From Octopus sinensis (Eukaryota), in contig NC_043014.1 of NCBI RefSeq assembly GCF_006345805.1, positions 11,160,001 through 11,224,000 of the forward strand: a stretch of DNA of 64,000 bases, read 5' to 3'. Below are positions 1 to 12,954 of the stretch, piece by piece. Both the position numbers and the translations under genes were made by a program. The notes below the pieces were generated by a model. The model was not told the DNA's origin. It made no database searches and saw nothing but the letters and a program-made list of their open reading frames with translations. How positions within the stretch are numbered: the first letter of the stretch is position 1; the number at the start of each line of letters is the position of its first letter.

Positions 1-1083
1 AAAGGGGGGGGGGGGCTGTGTTGCAAAGAACAAAAAAAATTTTTTTAAACAGGCAGAAGTCTTGCCCCCATCTGCTCACTTTCTCACTCATTTTCTATAG
101 CATCAACCTGAGGCTAAAGAAAATATGTCGTTTGCCTAAGATTAACAGTAGAGTCGAACATGGGACCTCGTATTTACGAACCGAACAGCTTAACCATTCG
201 ACACTGGCTTAGCTGGCTGAAAATTCGAAGTCTCTATCAACAGCATTTTTTTTTTGTATTTAGCTGAAAAGATATCTTTAATGAAAATACATTTAAAAGC
301 CACACATAGTAATTTGAAAGTTAAAGAAGCATAAATCCTTGACAATATTCAAGAGTTGAATAGATTTCTCTTTTAACAACAGGACAGTTACCACTGCAAA
401 GATAAAGAGTACAAATGAATAAAAAAATTTTTTTTAATCAATCATCATTATCATCATCGTTTAACGTCTGCTTTCCATGCTAGCATGGGTTGGACAATTT
501 GGCTGAGGTCTGGCGAGCCAGACTCCAATCTGATCTGGCAGAGTTTATACAGCTAGATGCCCTTCCTAATGCCAACCACTCCGGGAGTGTAGTGGGTGCT
601 TTTACGTGCCACCGGCACAAGGGCCAGTCAGGCGGTACTGGCAATGGCCACGCTCAAATGGTGCTTTTTATGTGCCACCTGCACAGGAGCCAGTCCAGCG
701 GCACTGGCAATGACCTCGCTCGAATGTTTTTTTCATGTGCCACCAGCACAAGTGCTAGTAAGGTGACGCAGGTAACGACCTCGCTCGAATGGTGTTTTTA
801 ATGTGTCATCAGCATGAAGGCCAGCTTGTTGCTCTGGCAACGATTAGAAATTTAATTTAGATGCCATTAAAAGGAGAGGGCAACTATTTTAAATGAAACA
901 AAAGCTCAATTCCATTTTTGTTTTTCCCAATCGCTATGAAAAAAATTTTGTTCTATGAATAAAATTTTCTGGAATATTTTAAATGCAAAGCAGCAGGACC
1001 TAACTAAAGTTTTTTAAAACTATAAACACATGGGCAAGAGGTAGGACAAACATGGAAAAGAAAAAAGCATCAAATCAAATCAA

Positions 1084-1890
1084 ACAAGAACGCTCAGAGA
1101 GTGCAAACCTCCACCAAGGCAACACCAATCGAATCTTTTCGGTTTGAATGGCAGTTTTTTCTAGCAGTGTCATATGAAATTGTCACCCATAATTATGACC
1201 CTAGTATCGATCTATTGCATTTCAATCTATTTTAGATTTAGGGTTAGTTAGGGTTAGGGTTAGGGGTATCTTTTTTTCTTCACAAATGTAAATAAACCCA
1301 ATCTGTTTCTTAAACGAGGGACATATTCATACGGCACAGAATGCTTTTTAACTCAATAGACGCCAGTGATTGGTTGAAATTGCAGAAATTGAAGAAATTA
1401 ATAACCAAATATCTTACAAACTATAGAATTTTCTCAGTAAAGCCAAGAGAAAAAGATGTTTTATAAACACATTCTACCAGTATACGAAATTTAAAATTTT
1501 TTAGTTACCTAGAAATTATGTTAAAAACTGCCGTTCAAACCGAAAAGATCCCACCAACGTCCTCTCAATGATTAGCCGGGGATGATTTTTAAAATGAGAA
1601 TATCTGAAATAAACTTGACTGCTCTCATGAACGAGAATACTAAAAATGAATCTAACCGCTCTCAAAAATTAAGTAAAAAAAACACTGGCAAAATAATCCG
1701 GAATCCTTCTCTGGTACCGGATTGATCCCAAAATCTAATCCATTCATGTCGGTCACAGGGCCATACATACCTGAAAGTTTCATCCGAATCCATCCCATGG
1801 TTCTTGAGATATCCTGTCCACGGACAAACAAACAAACAAACATGACTGAAAACAATACCTCCACCTTCGCTAAGATGGAGATAATAATAA
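1084..1890 (+). mobile_element. Non-autonomous Helentron/HINE-like element interrupted by the MITE
   Basis: Subterminal inverted motif ctccaccaagg, (acaa)n microsatellite near the 3' end, terminal hairpin ctccacctt-cgct-aagatggag. Confidence 0.5.
1131..1552. mobile_element. MITE with gatcttttcggtttgaa TIRs and internal TTAGGG repeats
   Basis: TIRs gaatcttttcggtttgaatggcagtttt / aaaactgccgttcaaaccgaaaagatcc. A second copy lies at 37363-37781. Confidence 0.8.
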
Positions 1891-2066
1891 TGGTTTTTTG
1901 AAAATATTATATTATATTGAATATAATCTGATATGGTCCCTATTTGGGGGCCAACATTATTAAACTGATTTTTCGAACGAGGTGAAGTGTTAGGGGCTTG
2001 CTCTACCTTTGCCATGGGTTGGCTTGGTATTGCAGTGCTTCCAGGATTCAGCCCATCTTATATAAA

Positions 2067-2246
2067 TAGGCACAGGAATGGCTGTGTGGTAAGTAGTTTG
2101 CTTACAAACCACATGGTTCCCGGTTCAGTCCCACTGCGTGGCACCTTGGGCAAGTGTCTTCTACTGTAGCCTCGGAGCGACCAAAGCCTTGTGAGTGAAT
2201 TTGGTAGACGGAAACTGAAAGAAGCCCATCGTATATATGTATATAT
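2067..2246 (+). mobile_element. SINE family A 5' half
   Basis: Same head. Further partial copies at ~26720-26870, 27060-27270 and 45595-46110. Confidence 0.75.
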
Positions 2247-2286
2247 GCTTCCATTGTTAAAACTTTTTAAAAAAAAGTATTATTCC

Positions 2287-2320
<34 letters not shown>

Positions 2321-2323
<3 letters not shown>

Positions 2324-2617
2324 CGGTTGACCGGTGTCTGCTACTCTAGGCCGATGAAGGACAATGATCCTGAAACACGTGTCCCTAGATGCAGTTTTGG
2401 CAGCCGGGGGTGTTTGTCTCCCCTTCGTATATGTATATAAGGACTCAGGGAAAAATGTGTCAAAGCCATCAGGAGGCGTTCGATGCTTCCTAGGGCTATA
2501 CAGCGGTGGTGTACCCCCTACTGTCACGTTCTTGTTAGATTGACAGTATACAACCATTCTATCGCCCCACCACTGTACATGTCTCTACGAGAGATTTAGA
2601 AATTCAATATTTCTTAT
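2321..2617 (+). mobile_element. ~300-bp hammerhead-bearing monomer (Penelope pLTR/retrozyme-like) inserted in (TA)n
   Basis: TCTAGG CCGATGA AGGA caatga TCCT GAAA C acgt G TC | CCTAGA at 2345-2389, with TA microsatellite on both sides. Confidence 0.65.
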
Positions 2618-3289
2618 TATATATATATATATATATATCTATATAATATATATATATTTATAAAAAAGAAGTTTGAAAACACCACTACATAAGATGAATT
2701 TTAATTTTCTGAGAGATTTTACGTTTTGGTTCTTCTTGAAAAAACAAACCTTATAAAAAATATTTTTAAAAGTTAAGTGTATTAAAAAAATTCATAATTG
2801 TTTCTTGCTATCTCAACAGAGTTCACGTGGTGGTGTTTTGTAGTGTGGAGCATAATGGCTGTCTTGTGCATTAGCTAGAATCGTTGGCTAAGGAAAATAA
2901 GACAAAACAGAAAATACTAAAATAGTTTTATCATGAAGAATATTTTAGTGCTGGTTTCAATGTTTGTGACTTTTTCAACTTAGAGTAAAGCAACAAAAAC
3001 AATTAAATTGTGGTAAAATTAAATGAAATGGTTTTTAAAAATATTTCCATAGTATTCAAATGCAAGGGACATTTTCCTTTTTTCTGTCTGTCTCTGTCTC
3101 TCATTTTTACTCGTGTGAAGGCTTGGTAGCAGGTAGCAGGTAGTAGTAGTCCTAATATTTGATATTAAGAGTGACATGAAATGAAGTGTCTTGCCCATGG
3201 ACACAAAACATCATCAAGTATCAAACTCACAACCTTATAATCATGAACCGGATACTGTAACCATAAGGCCATTTACTGACACAAATTCT

Positions 3290-4150
3290 TGGAAGTTTTT
3301 TAGGGAGGGCGATAGTCAATTATATCAGCCCCAGTGCGTAACTGGTATTTATTTCATTAAGTCTGAAAGAATGAAAGGCAAAGTTGATCTCGGTGGAATT
3401 TGAACTCAGAACGTAGCGGCAGATGAAATACTGCTAGGCATTTTGCCTGGCATGCTAACAATTCTGCCAGTTCATTGCATTTATTGTTTAATATAATAAT
3501 CTTTTCCACTCTAGTTACAAGGCCTGAAATTTTGGGGGAGAGAGCCTGTTGATTAGATTGACTCCAGTATGCAACTGGTACTTAATTTATCGACCCCCAA
3601 AAGGATGAGAGGTGAAGTCAAGCTGGGCGGAATTTGAAATCAGAATGTTGCAGCAAATGAAATACCACTAAGCATTTCATCCGGCATGCTAATGTTTCTT
3701 ATTTCTTTATCGCTCACACGGGGCTAAACATAGAGGGGACAAACAAGGAAAGACAGAGGGATTAAATCGATTACATCGACACCAGTGTGTAACTGGTACT
3801 TAATTTATCGACCCCGAAAGGATGACAGGCAAAGTCGACCTCGGCGGAATTTGAACTCAGAACGTGACGGCAGACGAAATACCGATAAACATTTCGCCCG
3901 GCGTGATAACGATTCTGCCAGCTTGCCGCCTTATCAATATTCTTTTCTGCTCTAGGCACAAAGCCCAAAATTTTGTGGGAGGAGGCCAGTCAATTAGATC
4001 AACTGCAGTGTGCAACTGGTACTTAATTTATTGATCCCGAAAGGATGAAAGGCAAAGTCGACCTTGGTAGAATTTGAACTCAGAATGTAAAGACAGACGA
4101 AATACTGCTAAGCATTTCACCCAGCATGCTAACATTTCTGTCAGCTCACT
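3290..4150 (-). mobile_element. Cluster of four diverged family-B SINEs
   Basis: Repeated gtacttaatttatcgacccc..aaaggatgaaaggcaaagtcgacc..ggaatttgaactcagaa on the minus strand. Confidence 0.75.
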
Positions 4151-4661
4151 ACCTTTATTGTATAATATAATGTTTGTTCCTTCTCAAGTCATGCCTTGCT
4201 CATAGGGCTGGTTTCCCAGTTTCCTTGGCGTATAGGTTTCCCCACCTGGGCAGGACGCCGGTCCATCACAGGTGAGCTGCATGATGCAGTGTGAGAAAGT
4301 TGTGGCAAAAGAGTCAGCAAAAGTTCACCATTACCTTCTGCCGGAGCCGCATGGAGCTTAGGTGTTTCCCTCATAAACACACACATCGCCCGGTCTGAGA
4401 TTCAAACCCACGATCCCTCGACCTCGGATCCGCTGCTCTAACCACTAGGCCATGTGCCTCCACGTATAATATAATAATGATACAAAAAGTGTATTCTGGC
4501 AACTCAGCAATACTTAATAAAATGTAGGTCATAAGCTTCTTATATTATTTACTGATTGCGATATAGAGATAAAGTGAGTATTATCTGTGACATAATTCAG
4601 TACCATAAGTAAAATATAAGTCAAAAACAGCAGTGTAAGCAAGAGATAAATCCACTCACAA

Positions 4662-5047
4662 TCTCTCTCTATATAAACGGCAGTTTGTCTGTGCGTGTTT
4701 CTGTGTGTCTGTTTTCTCGTACCCTCACCCTGACCACGGCTTTCAACCGATTCTGATGAAACTTGACACACACATAGCCCAATGTCATAATTCAAAACTA
4801 ACGCAGCGAAAATTTTGAAAAGTTCCCCCAGTTCTGAAAAAAATCGATAAATTCGACATAGGGTCGAGAATAAAAAAAAACAAACCACAGACTGTCTAGG
4901 GGACGCAACTCAACCTTTTTTTACTCTCAAAAAAAAATTTACCATCATTTTTTTCCATTTTTTTGCTATTTTTTGGCTATAACTCTCTAAAAATGCTTTA
5001 TAGTTATTTCCCTTACAAACCTGAGCAACGCCGGGCGATACTGCTAG
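4662..5047 (+). mobile_element. Non-autonomous Helitron-like element
   Basis: 5' TC start, GC-rich 3' hairpin (cctgagcaacgccgggcg), ends in CTAG followed by t. Confidence 0.65.
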
Positions 5048-5309
5048 TGTTATATAAATAGCAAAGTATTGTGAAAATAGAAATGATCCCTAATATAAAT
5101 AATGTGCAAAGTAATGTTGGCATACTTAAATGGAGTTTTGGCAATTTAGGATACAATATCTTAAATATTAAGAAAAATATTATTTTATTAATATAGTAAA
5201 AACAAACAATTCATCATCCTCATTAATAAAAAAGTTTTTTTGATGTGAATAAATAAATCTCCATCCTCCTCTTGGTTTTCAAGTATATATATAGTAAAAG
5301 AATATATAT

Positions 5310-5381
<72 letters not shown>

Positions 5382-5859
5382 TATATAGAGGGCATTATTA
5401 CACATAAATGCCACATGCTAGGAGGGACTCTTAAAGTCAAAACTACTAAAATAGTAGTTTTGACTTTAAGAGTCCCTCCTAGTGTGTGGCATTTATGTGT
5501 AATAAGGCCCTCTATATAATATAAATAAATATATTTAAGTGAAAAAATTGATGGATTTTTCCTCCTATGAGGATTTTTCATGCTAACTACTTGATAAATT
5601 CTTATAAAGATTTTATCCTATTTTTAAATTATATATATATATATTTGTATATAGGAAAGGAAAAAAATAATAATAATAAGGCAGAATGCTAAACTGAAAG
5701 CAAATTTTAATATAAATGGGTGCAAGAAAGATTTCTTACAGCCATTTGTATTGAAATTTGCTTTCAGTTTAACATTTTGCCTTATTATTATTATTTTTTC
5801 CTTTCCTATCATTTCAGTTAACACAACCCCACCATTTACTGACTTATATATACATATAT

Positions 5860-6185
5860 AGGCTTCCGTGCTGGTGGCATGTACGAGGCACTATTCGAGT
5901 GGGATTGTTACAAACATCGCCTTACTGGCACCTGTGCCATTGGCATGTGTAAAAAGATTTGAGCGAGTTTGTTACCAACATCACCTGACTGGCCCTCATG
6001 CCAGTGGCACGTAAAAGCACCCACTACACTCTAGGAATGGTTGGCGTTAGGAAGGGCATCCGGATGTAGAAACTCTGCCAGATCAAGATTGGAGCCTGGT
6101 GCAGCCATCTGGTTTGCCAGCCCTCAGTCAAACCGTCCAGCCCATGCTAGCATGGAAAGCGGACATTAAACGATGATGATGATAT
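5860..6185 (+). mobile_element. (GAT)n-tailed retroposon 3' end
   Basis: ggcgttaggaagggcatcc...ccatgctagcatggaaagcggacattaaacgatgatgat. Other copies at 460-850(-), 11600-11810(-), 39575-39875(+), 41480-41740(-), 42350-42555(+) and 47750-47915(+). Confidence 0.75.
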
Positions 6186-7060
6186 ATATATATCATCATC
6201 ATCATGATCATTGTTTAACGTCTGCTTTCCATGAAGAGTGAACACAAGCACTAATATATGATTTATAAAAACATGTGGCATATTAATAAATATTTGTAAA
6301 TATAATACCATCCAGATTTCTGAGTACCTTTTTCTTCTAATATATATATATATATGTAAATGTTGAAGGATGAAAATGAGTGCTCAACGCTGCATTGGTT
6401 GACATTATTTCTTTATTTGTGAATTAAGGCTACCATTGATTTCATGTTAAGAAAAGTAGGAAAATATGTGCCTGTCCTTGTTTGTCCTCTCTGTGTTTAG
6501 CCCCTTGTGGGCAATAAAGAAATAGGTATTTCGCCCATCGCAATGTTCTGAGTTCAAATTCCACCGAGGTCGACTTTGCCTTTCATCCTTTCCAGGTCGA
6601 TTAAATAAGTACCAGTTACGCACTGGGGTCGATATATGTAAATGTTGAAGGATGAAAATGAGTGCTCAACACTGCATTGGTGGACATTATTTCCTTATTT
6701 GTGAATTAAGGCTACCATTGGTTTCATGTTAAGAAAAGTAGGAAAATATCTTTTTAAAGCTGATCACACGGAGAAAGATGTTCAGGTGTTCACCTCTATT
6801 TTGGAAAATACACACACACACACACACATGATGGGCTTCTTTCAGTTTCTATTGGCAGAATCCACTCACAAGGCTTTTGTCAGCCCAGGGCTATTGTAGA
6901 GGATGCTTACCCAAGCTGTTATGTTGCTGGACTAAACTGTGTTATAAATTCTTTGATAATGCTTTGTTTATTCCATAGCTTGTGTGAGAGTTATTCATGT
7001 AATATCCTTTAAATATGATTCAATAATGTTTTCTACATGTCGTATTCTTTTCTTTTTTTC

Positions 7061-7264
7061 TTTTATTTGTTTCAGTCATCTGACTGTGGCCATGCTAGAG
7101 CACCACCTTTAATTGAGCAAATTGACCCCAGGATTTATTCTTTGTAAGTCTTGTACTTGTTCTATTGGCCTCTCTTGCCAATCCGTTAAGTGATGGGGAT
7201 GTAAACACACCAGTATTGGTTGTCAAGCGATGTTGTGGGGACAAACACAGACACACAAATATAT

Positions 7265-7313
<49 letters not shown>

Positions 7314-7465
7314 CGACGGGCTTCTTTCAGTTTCTGTCTACCAAATCCACTCACAAGGCTTTGGTTGGCTTGAGGCTATAGTAGAAGACACTTGCTCAAG
7401 ATGCCATGCAGTGGGACTGAACCCAGAACCATGTGGTTGGTAAGCAATCTACTTACCACACAGCC
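7061..7465 (-). mobile_element. SINE family A
   Basis: Reverse complement of the 8829-9238 family. Confidence 0.8.
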
Positions 7466-7889
7466 AATTTCATTGTCTTTGTCTCTGTATTATTCCGTGG
7501 CTTAGTATACCTGTTTACCTGTTTACATTCCAATTATTGATTAGCATTTGGTTTATGCTGCATATTTCTTTATCTATTTTTGTTTGTTCGTTTTGTGGTT
7601 TAGAATCTGAATATTCTTCTAAGTAGGGATGTCATCATTGACATTTTCATCTGTGTGGGCATGCACCTGTCTCCATTAAGAGCAGGAATATCTATTTTCA
7701 TCGTTGATGTAGACAAACTTGTTGTATCCATTATTTCACATTCTGAATAATCTTAGCTACAAATGGAGTCTGTTTCAACCCTTGTTTTCCAATTAGAAAA
7801 AAAAAACCCAAAAAACAGGAAAATCTGGTACTTTCTTGATTTTGTAAACATAAAACATAACATAAGTACACAATATAAGTTCATCTCAG

Positions 7890-8675
7890 TGATGGCGAGC
7901 TGGCAGAATCGTTAGCACGCCAGGCGAAATGCTTAGTGGTATTTCGTCTGCCGTTACGTTCTGAGTTCAAATTCCGCCGAGGTCGACTTTGCCTTTCCTC
8001 CTTTCCAGGTCGATTAAATAAGTACCAGTTACGCACTGGGGTCGATGTAATCGACTTAATCCATGTGTCTGTCCTTGTTTGTCCTCTCTGTGTTTAGCCC
8101 CTTGTGGGTAGTAAAGAAATAGGTATTTTGTCTGCCGTTACGTTCTGAGTTCAAATTCCACCAAGGTCGACTTTGCCTTTCCTCCTTTCAGGGTCGATTA
8201 AATAAGTACCAGTTACGCACTGGGGTCGATATAATCGACTTAATCCGTGTGTCTGTCCTTGTTTGTCCTCTCTGTGTTTAGCCCCTTGTGGGTAGTAAAG
8301 AAATAGGTATTTTGTCTGCCGTTACGTTCTGAGTTCAAATTCCGCCGAGGTCAACTTTGCCTTTCCTCCTTTCAGGGTCGATTAAATAAGTACCAGTTAC
8401 GCACTGGGGTCGATATAATCGACTTAATCCGTGTGTCTGTCCTTGTTTGTCCTCTCTGTGTTTAGCCCCTTGTGGGTAGTAAAGAAATAGGTATTTTGTC
8501 TGCTGTTACGTTCTGAGTTCAAATTCCGCCGAGGTCGACTTTGCCTTTCATCCTTTCCGGGTCGATTAAATAAGTACCAGTTATGCACTGGGGTCGATAT
8601 AATCGACTTAATCCGTGTGTCTGTCCTTGCTTGTCCTCTCTGTTTTTAGCCCCTTGTGGGTAGTAAAGAAGTAGG
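7890..8675 (+). mobile_element. SINE family B: head plus 4 tandem 184-bp body units
   Basis: Units begin gtattt at 7939, 8123, 8307 and 8491. Conserved core gaggtcgactttgcctttcatcctttc..ggtcgattaaataagtaccag. Confidence 0.85.
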
Positions 8676-8828
8676 TATAGTGCCAGCATGACAGCTGAAA
8701 CAATAATATTTCCTGTTCATGCTTGGATAGTTATGTAAGAATAAAAATAACCAGTGACATATTTTGGGGATAAATACATGTGTATGTCCAGGCACATTAA
8801 ATATTAAGTGTTACTATATATATATAGT

Positions 8829-9238
8829 AGGCGCAGGAGTGGCTGTGTGGTAAGTAGCTTGCTTACCAACCACATGGTTCCGGGTTCAGTCCCACTGCGT
8901 GGCACCTTGGGCAAGTGTGTTCTACTATAGCCTTGGGCCGACCAAAGCCTTGTGAGTGGATTTGTTAGACGGAAACTGAAAGAAGCCCGTCGTATATAAG
9001 TGTATATATATATATATGCGTGTGTGTGTTTGTGTGCCTGTGTTTGTCCCCCTTGCATTGTTTGACAACCGATGCTGGTGTGTTTACGTCCCCATCACTT
9101 AGCGGTTCGGCAAAAGAGACCGATAGAATAAGTACTGGGCTTACAAAGAATAAGTCCCAGGGTCAAGTTGCTCGATTAAAGGCGATGCTCCAGCATAGCC
9201 GCAGTCAAATGACTGAAACAAGTAAAAGAGTAAAAGAG
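8829..9238 (+). mobile_element. Full-length tRNA-derived SINE family A
   Basis: aggcgcaggagtggctgtgtggtaag...ggttcagtccc head, central (TA/TG)n, and ...gactgaaacaagtaaaagag tail. Confidence 0.85.
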
Positions 9239-9959
9239 TGTGTATGTCCAGGCACATTAAATATTAAGTGTTACTATATATATATATGCTGCATCTAAAA
9301 TTAACACACTTTAATGTACAGGTGTCTATAGATAATGCTGCCAAAAAGGTCACATGATATTCTCATTAATTACAGTGACAAAGTTTCATTATAAATGAGA
9401 ACTACTTACAGCTATCTGGACTAGATTAGTTATGATAGTAATTTACTACCAAGTGGACCAGGTTGCTTGAGAATTATGTTTCAGCCATAGACAAATGTAG
9501 TGTCATTGAGGCCATATAAACCAGTGTCAGCAGATAATTGCTCTCTCTATATGACTAACAGCAGCAGCAACGTCACATGAAATGGAAGATAATAGTAATC
9601 TGTGAGAGAAATAAGGTTTCTTCCTTAACATATTACTGTAAACAGTTTTATTTTATCAGCATTTTCTCTGAACAGTCTCTTGTTGAATAATAAAATGATC
9701 TTGTTTCCCAACCAAAATGTGAAAAAAAGGACATCTGTATATCATTCTTAATGTATATACATCATTGATAGGCCAGTTACTGCGGTATTCATCCTGAGAT
9801 AACATTCTCTTATACTCATGTTGTGTTAAAAATGCAATAACTATCAGAAGGAGATGAAATTCACTACAGCAGTGGCCAGTGAAAAATGCCAGAGGTCATT
9901 TTGGGTAATTTTGGTGAAAAATGCCAGAGGTCATTTTGGGTCGTGATATTTTAAAATTT

Positions 9960-11093
9960 ATTATTAGTGTTGCTTAATATGTTTTGCAAAAATTGCTGTA
10001 TCTTTTCAGATATCATCAGAAAAAGGTAATTAAAATTCATTAAAAAGACATCTATCGGACTTTCAAAGAGGTCAAATTGTTGGGGCTCATATGGCAGGTG
10101 CTAGCATAATAAAAACAGTCGAAATGTTTGGTGTATCAAGAAGAACTGTCTCGAAAGTAATGACAGCCTTTGAGAAAGAATGAAAAGCTTCATTGTTGAA
10201 ACAATACTCTGAAAGAAAACTAAAATTTCAGATAGGGACCAATGGACTCTTACGTGAATTGTTAGAAAGGATCACAAAATTACTGCAGAGTTTAATGACT
10301 ACCTTGAGAACCCAGTTTCCACAAAAGCTGTTCGCTGGGAGCTGCACAAAGTCGAATTTCATGGGAGGGCTGCAATCAGAAAACCACTACTTTCAAAAAC
10401 AAACATTGCAAAGTGTTTAGAGTGGACTAGAAACTTACAGAATTGGTCCCCGGAGCAGTGGAAGAATGTTATTTTTTTGGATGAGTTCATCCTTTACCTT
10501 ATTTCTGACCACCGGTTGAATATACGTGTGGAGACAGCCAAAAGAAGCATTCGAACCAGACTGCTTCTTCCAACTGTTAAATATGGAGGAGGATCTGTGA
10601 TGATCTGGGAAGCTATATCTTAGAAATCCACCAGCTCAATGGTTTTCCTTCATTGCAGAATTAATAGTCAAGACTATTTAGGCATTTTATCTTATCAAAT
10701 TCATCCTATGGTTGCAGAACTGTTTCTGGAGGGAAATGCAATCTTTCAGGATGATAATGCACCAATTCACACAGCTAAATTTGTTAACAGCATGAGGAAC
10801 ATTCTAATGAAGTTGGACATTTTATCTGGCCACCACAGTCCCGAGATCTCAATAGTATTGAACTTTAAAGGTGCAAGGGGTCTATATCCTCCACCATCAT
10901 CTCTACAAGAACTGGAGAATGTTTTAGCTGGAGAATGGACAAAAATTCCTTTGGAAACAATTCAACTTTCATAGAATTTAAGCTGTAATTACTGCCAAAG
11001 GCGATCCTACCCCACATTAAAATAAATTTGTTTGAAATTTTAAGGTGTTTCCATTATTTTGTCCAACCCCTGTATGTTTATTTTTTTGCTATT
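9960..11093 (+). mobile_element. Decayed Tc1 (DD34E-type) transposon
   Basis: HTH start (L)SDFQRGQIVGAHMAGAS, plus FQDDNAPIH and WPPQSxDLNxIE remnants. The 3' TIR ...ttccattattttgtccaacccctg is followed by TA. Many stops and frameshifts; the 5' boundary is approximate. Confidence 0.8.
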
Positions 11094-12701
11094 CCCTACC
11101 TTCACCAAACTTTGTTAGATTACATTTTTAATGAAATTGGATCTTTATAGTTGCTATCACAAGTGTCATATTTTTTAATCTTTCTTTCATTTGTTTTCTC
11201 ATTTGGTTGCACCAATTTAGTTTCATATGCTAATTATGAAAAAGAAATTCATTGCAATACATTGATAAATAAAAAAAAGTTAATAGCTTTTAAAGTTTGC
11301 AGATTTTGGGTAACCTTAGCCAATCAAAAGCCACCATTATACACATGACTGTAAATCTCACATTGGCATCTGTTTCGATAGTAACAGGCAAAGCTGTAGT
11401 CTCTGTAAGAAGGATCTTGTACTCGCATGACTGACACTTTCACCACCACATATTTTGATAAACGATATCACTTTGTACTTGTGTTATCTCTGTCTGTCAG
11501 TTTGTGACATGCAGCTATCAGGCAGAAAATTCTCAGCTTTCAATTCATTTTTTCTGATTGGACTAAAAATTATCATACTTTGAAGCCATGTAACATCATC
11601 ATAATCATGATCATCATCATCAATTAATGTCAGTTTTCCATGCTGGCATGGGTTGGATGGTTTGACTGAGAACTGGTAAGTCAGGGAGCGGCACCAGGCT
11701 CCAGTGTGATCTGACATGGTTTCTACAGCTCAATGCCCTTCCTAATGCCAACCACTCCAAGAGTGTAGTGGGTGCTTTTTATGTGCCACTGGCATGGGTG
11801 CCAGTTATGTAACACCTAACATTTTTCTAAAATTCTTTTGATTATATGGGGTGGGGGAAATGAAAACAAAAAAAAACCCCTAATTTTTGAAGGGATCATT
11901 TTACCTGCTCTCCACAGAACTTTATTAAATGCATATTTTTTAACAAAATTTTCATAGGATACATTTTTGAGGATGTAGATTATACTTATCTTCATAAAAT
12001 CTCTTTTTTAAAAAAGCCTTTTTCTAATATAAATTATATATCTAATTAAACATTTACAAGTTACCTGATTGGTTTTTGTCTCTTAAAATGAAAGTAACCA
12101 AATTTTGGTTTTCACTTCAGAATTTCAGGTAAACCTTGATGCATTTTATACATACCTGCTTCTGAAAATGCCTTGTTCTCACCTGTACTCTCATGCAGTG
12201 TTACATCTTAATAATTGATGTATTGTAATTGAGTTTTTTTTTTTTTTTGTTATAAATATTTCTAAGTAAATGCATGTTACCTAAATGCCTTTTGTCTCTC
12301 AAAAATGAAAGGAAGCAAAATTAAATTTTCACTTTGAATTTTTTATGTAATCTTTGATATTTTTATAAGCAGTCCATTCCCTCTCCTCCTCCCCCTCCTC
12401 TTCACCGCCGCCAACGCCATCACCATCACCACCACCACCACCACCACCACCACCACCATCATCCTCACATCTTCATCTTCATCATCCTCATCATTGGAAG
12501 ATTTGTATTTGATATATTTATTTATTTACATTTATAAGTATTGTACTTATGGTATCATATTACTCATTGATGTGTACTGTTTTGTTCTGTATTATTGTGT
12601 TTGATCTTGTTGTTCCTATGGACTTGGTTAATAAATTATGTGAATGGGTATTATCTGGTAGTTGATGATTTATTAAAGTGTATTCCTCCATTTTCTTATT
12701 T

Positions 12702-12736
<35 letters not shown>

Positions 12737-12898
12737 ATAGTTATCGCCATACTAATATGGCATTCTTATAAAAATAAGAAAAAAGCTGTCCGCTTATTAG
12801 CTCCATGAGGCCATCGCCTTAAGTTAGCTATTTGATACACAAACTGTATCCATATAACCTTCGAACAAGGGAGGTCAGTCGCTCCACACTACTTGACC

Positions 12899-12954
12899 GG
12901 CAGCTACAGACGCGTTTCGGGGTATTGCCCCTTTTCAATGCAGCGTAGCCTGCC
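12899..12954 (-). ncRNA. Minimal type I hammerhead ribozyme in the inverted arm
   Basis: Exact reverse complement of the intact motif (plus strand cagctacagacgcgtttcggggtattgccccttttcaatgcagcgtagcctgcc). Confidence 0.8.

Noticed and set aside
1238-1266. TTAGGG repeats (also ~37468-37482)
   Set aside because: They are internal to a MITE present twice, not a telomere or fusion site.
7939-8675. Regularly spaced repeats that might suggest CRISPR (also 27289-27526 and 13077-14524)
   Set aside because: The units are head-to-tail without unique spacers, there are no cas genes, and the context is eukaryotic.
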